Part shown: positions 61,796 through 64,000 of the stretch, in pieces
Numbering within the stretch: position 1 is the first letter of the stretch
Layout of the letters: each line of letters starts with the position of its first letter
Origin: Scenedesmus sp. PABB004
Lineage: Eukaryota
NCBI GenBank assembly: GCA_014905635.1
Contig: JABVCE010000011.1
Span: 248,001 to 312,000, forward strand
Length of the DNA stretch: 64,000 nucleotides
Reading direction: 5' to 3'
The notes under the pieces: model-generated
Databases searched by the model: none
The model's input: only the letters and a program-made list of their open reading frames with translations
Told to the model about the DNA's origin: nothing
Made by a program: the position numbers and the translations under genes

Positions 61796-62411
61796 ACCCA
61801 CCCCTGCTGCCTGCATCCCCGCTGCTCCTAAACTCGAACCTGTCGTCGCTGATTCGCTGCTGACTGACTGACTGTCCCGCACCTGAGAAGCTAGAGTGAG
61901 AAAACACACGTTTCATGCACCTCGCACTTGGGCACGACAACCACCACGCTGGCCGCGGGACTGACTGCGCGCCGGCGCCGCCGCCCACGTGCGCGCCGGG
62001 CGCCGCGCGCGCACCGCGCTGCGCGCACGCATTCGCCGCGGGCGGCCGCCCGCGATTTCATCGCCCCCATGGTCGCGCCCCCGCTGGACGGTGATCGCAG
62101 CGATTCCTTGATGGCTTGCGCGCGCTCGCTTCCCTGCCTCCCTCCCTGCTCGCTGCTGCTCTGTCGCGCCGCGGGCCAGCTGGAAACACAGACTCTCGGT
62201 CGGCACGTTGCATCCAGGCGCCCCGCCCGCCGTCCCACCCATCGCACCCAACCGGCCGCTCAGCGCCCACAGACAGAGCAGCAGCGCGTGCGCCCGCCGT
62301 GCCGCGCCACACCAGCCGCGCCACGCAGCCCTCCACACCCGTCCCGGCGTGCGCCGCCGGCTCCCGTGGGGGGCGCCTGCTGGGCGGCATGCGCCAATGC
62401 TCGGGCACCCA

Positions 62412-64000
62412 CTACGCGATGGTGCTGTGCACAATGAGCTCCGCGGGGCGCGGCAGGCCGCACGCGTCGGCGCACGACAGCGCTGCACGCAGCGCGCCCT
62501 CGGCCTCAGCGCCCACCCCGCGCAGCATGACGCACCTGACGTGCGCCAGCGCGCCCAGCAGCGCCGTCCCCTCGGCCGGCGACGTGCTGGCGGAGCCGCC
62601 CGGCCAGTCCACCTCGAGCGCGCGCAGCTCGGGCATGCTCCGCCCCAGCGCGGCCATGATCAGCGGGGGCACTGACGTCGGCTGCGGCAAAGCAAACTCG
62701 CCATTGTCATCAACTCTGAGATCATCGATGCAGACACGCAGGCGCGTGAGCTGGGTGACCTCGTACAGCGCCGCGGCCTGCTCGCAACACTTGATGGTGA
62801 GCTGCAGCTCGCGCAGCGCGGGCAGGCGGGCCAGACCGCGCAGCGCCGCGACGCACTCCAGTGCGTCGCCGCTCCAACGCATGCCGCCGACGCCCAGCGC
62901 CGTCAGCGCAGTGCAGCACTGCGTCAGCGCCTGCAGGTGGTGCGCCGCCATGTAGCCCCGAGACTGCATCCTCCGCAGCCCTGGGAACGCCGCCCACGGC
63001 ACGTTGTCGCCGCCGACCAGCTCCACCACAGACGGGCACGCGGCCGGCACTGGGCCCGCCTCCGGTGCGTCGTCGTCCCATATCCACGAGCCCTGCAGCC
63101 TGGTCAGGGCGGTCAGGCGCGCCAGGTGCGGCAGCGCGGCGCGCGACAGGCCGGCGACGTGCAGCTCCGCCAGCCGCGGCAGCGCCACCGCCGCCTCCAG
63201 CAGGGCCGGGTCGGAGCCTTGCTCAACGCACAGGAGGTCCAGCCGCGTCAGCGCGACGAGCCGCGCCAGCGCGCCGCACTCGGCCACACTCAGCCCCCGT
63301 TGATCGGTCCTGCCAGACAGGGCCAGACTCCGCAGCCCCGTGCAGGCGGCGACGGCGGCCAGGCCGACACGGTCGTCGGCCAAGGGCAGCCACAGGTGCG
63401 TCAGCGACGGCGCCAGGCCGCCCAGCCAGTCGTAGCACTGCTGGCTGTGGGGCTGACGGGACCCGGCCACCGACAGGCTCGCCAGGGCACCCAGCGCGGA
63501 AAGCAACGAGAAGTGCTCCAGCGTGACGCATTGGCCATAGAACTTCGCAGCCAGCCGCGTGAGCTTCGTCGCGCCGCGGCCGATCGCCCGCCACGCCGCG
63601 TCGCTGCCCTCCCAGCTGCTGCCCCCCAGCTCCAGCTCCAGCGCCCGCAGTCCCGGCAGCTCGCCGCCCACCGCCCACAGCAGTGGCGCCAGGCTCTCAG
63701 GCGAGCTGAGTTGGCCGTCTGCTGCCTCCAGGCACAGCGTGTCCAGCCGCGGCAGCCTGCGGGGCGGGCGGCGGCGGGCGGGGTCAGCCGCGGTGCTCTA
63801 AGCACTCCGCACAGCGGGCGCACACCGTCTGCTTCTGCCCAGCTGCCGCGCCACACACACGGGAATGCCGCGCCGCGCGCGCCGCGCCCGCGCCCACCTC
63901 GCGAGCGCCCGCTGCAGCGCGGGCAGGTGCAGCGCCGCGTTGTCGGAGCTGGCGATTGTGAGGCTCACGCGGCTGCAGGCGCCGAAGCGCTCGTGCAGCG
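62412..64000 (-). CDS. LRR family copy 4 (5' end outside window; visible part intact)
   Basis: LHERFGACSRVSLTIASSDNAALHLPALQRALAR / intron 63757-63897 / LPRLDTL...; open to TAG at 62412; same intron position as the other copies. Confidence 0.85.

Overview
Very GC-rich, gene-dense nuclear DNA of a eukaryote, by inference a chlorophyte green alga. The evidence is spliceosomal introns of about 95-370 bp, TGTAA poly(A)-type signals, and an AP2 factor, HUP-type transporter, organellar RecG and DUF3172 gene. Most long ORFs in the six-frame track are GC artefacts; the real genes only appear after splicing. I reconstructed about 24 protein genes. These are ARL8 (partial), a CEP164-like WW/coiled-coil protein, a C2HC zinc-finger protein, an SBPase-like phosphatase, a DEDDh-exonuclease/RecG fusion, an FBXO7/SKIP22-like F-box protein, an AP2 factor and a secreted His/Lys-rich repeat protein. 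They continue with a secreted PhlG/DAPG-hydrolase-like protein, a CblC(MMACHC)-flavin amine oxidase fusion, PCNA, a GT69 mannosyltransferase, LYRM1, a mitochondrial carrier, GT32 with a methyltransferase-like domain, a hexose transporter, a small bZIP, PRP4, a CAAX/Abi protease, DUF3172 and a Ser-Pro/Cys-rich secreted protein. Four dispersed copies of one LRR gene family complete the set, and an intronic U36a-like box C/D snoRNA sits in PRP4. The most notable observations are: (1) the LRR family, whose copies are mosaics of each other with hypervariable beta-strand segments, an ~850-bp near-identical tract, and lesions in three copies; (2) about 15 GC-AG introns among roughly 110; (3) the CblC-amine oxidase and exonuclease-RecG fusions; (4) a secreted PhlG-like hydrolase and a putative multi-peptide precursor. 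All homology calls are from motif recognition, not database searches, and exon coordinates were read by eye.
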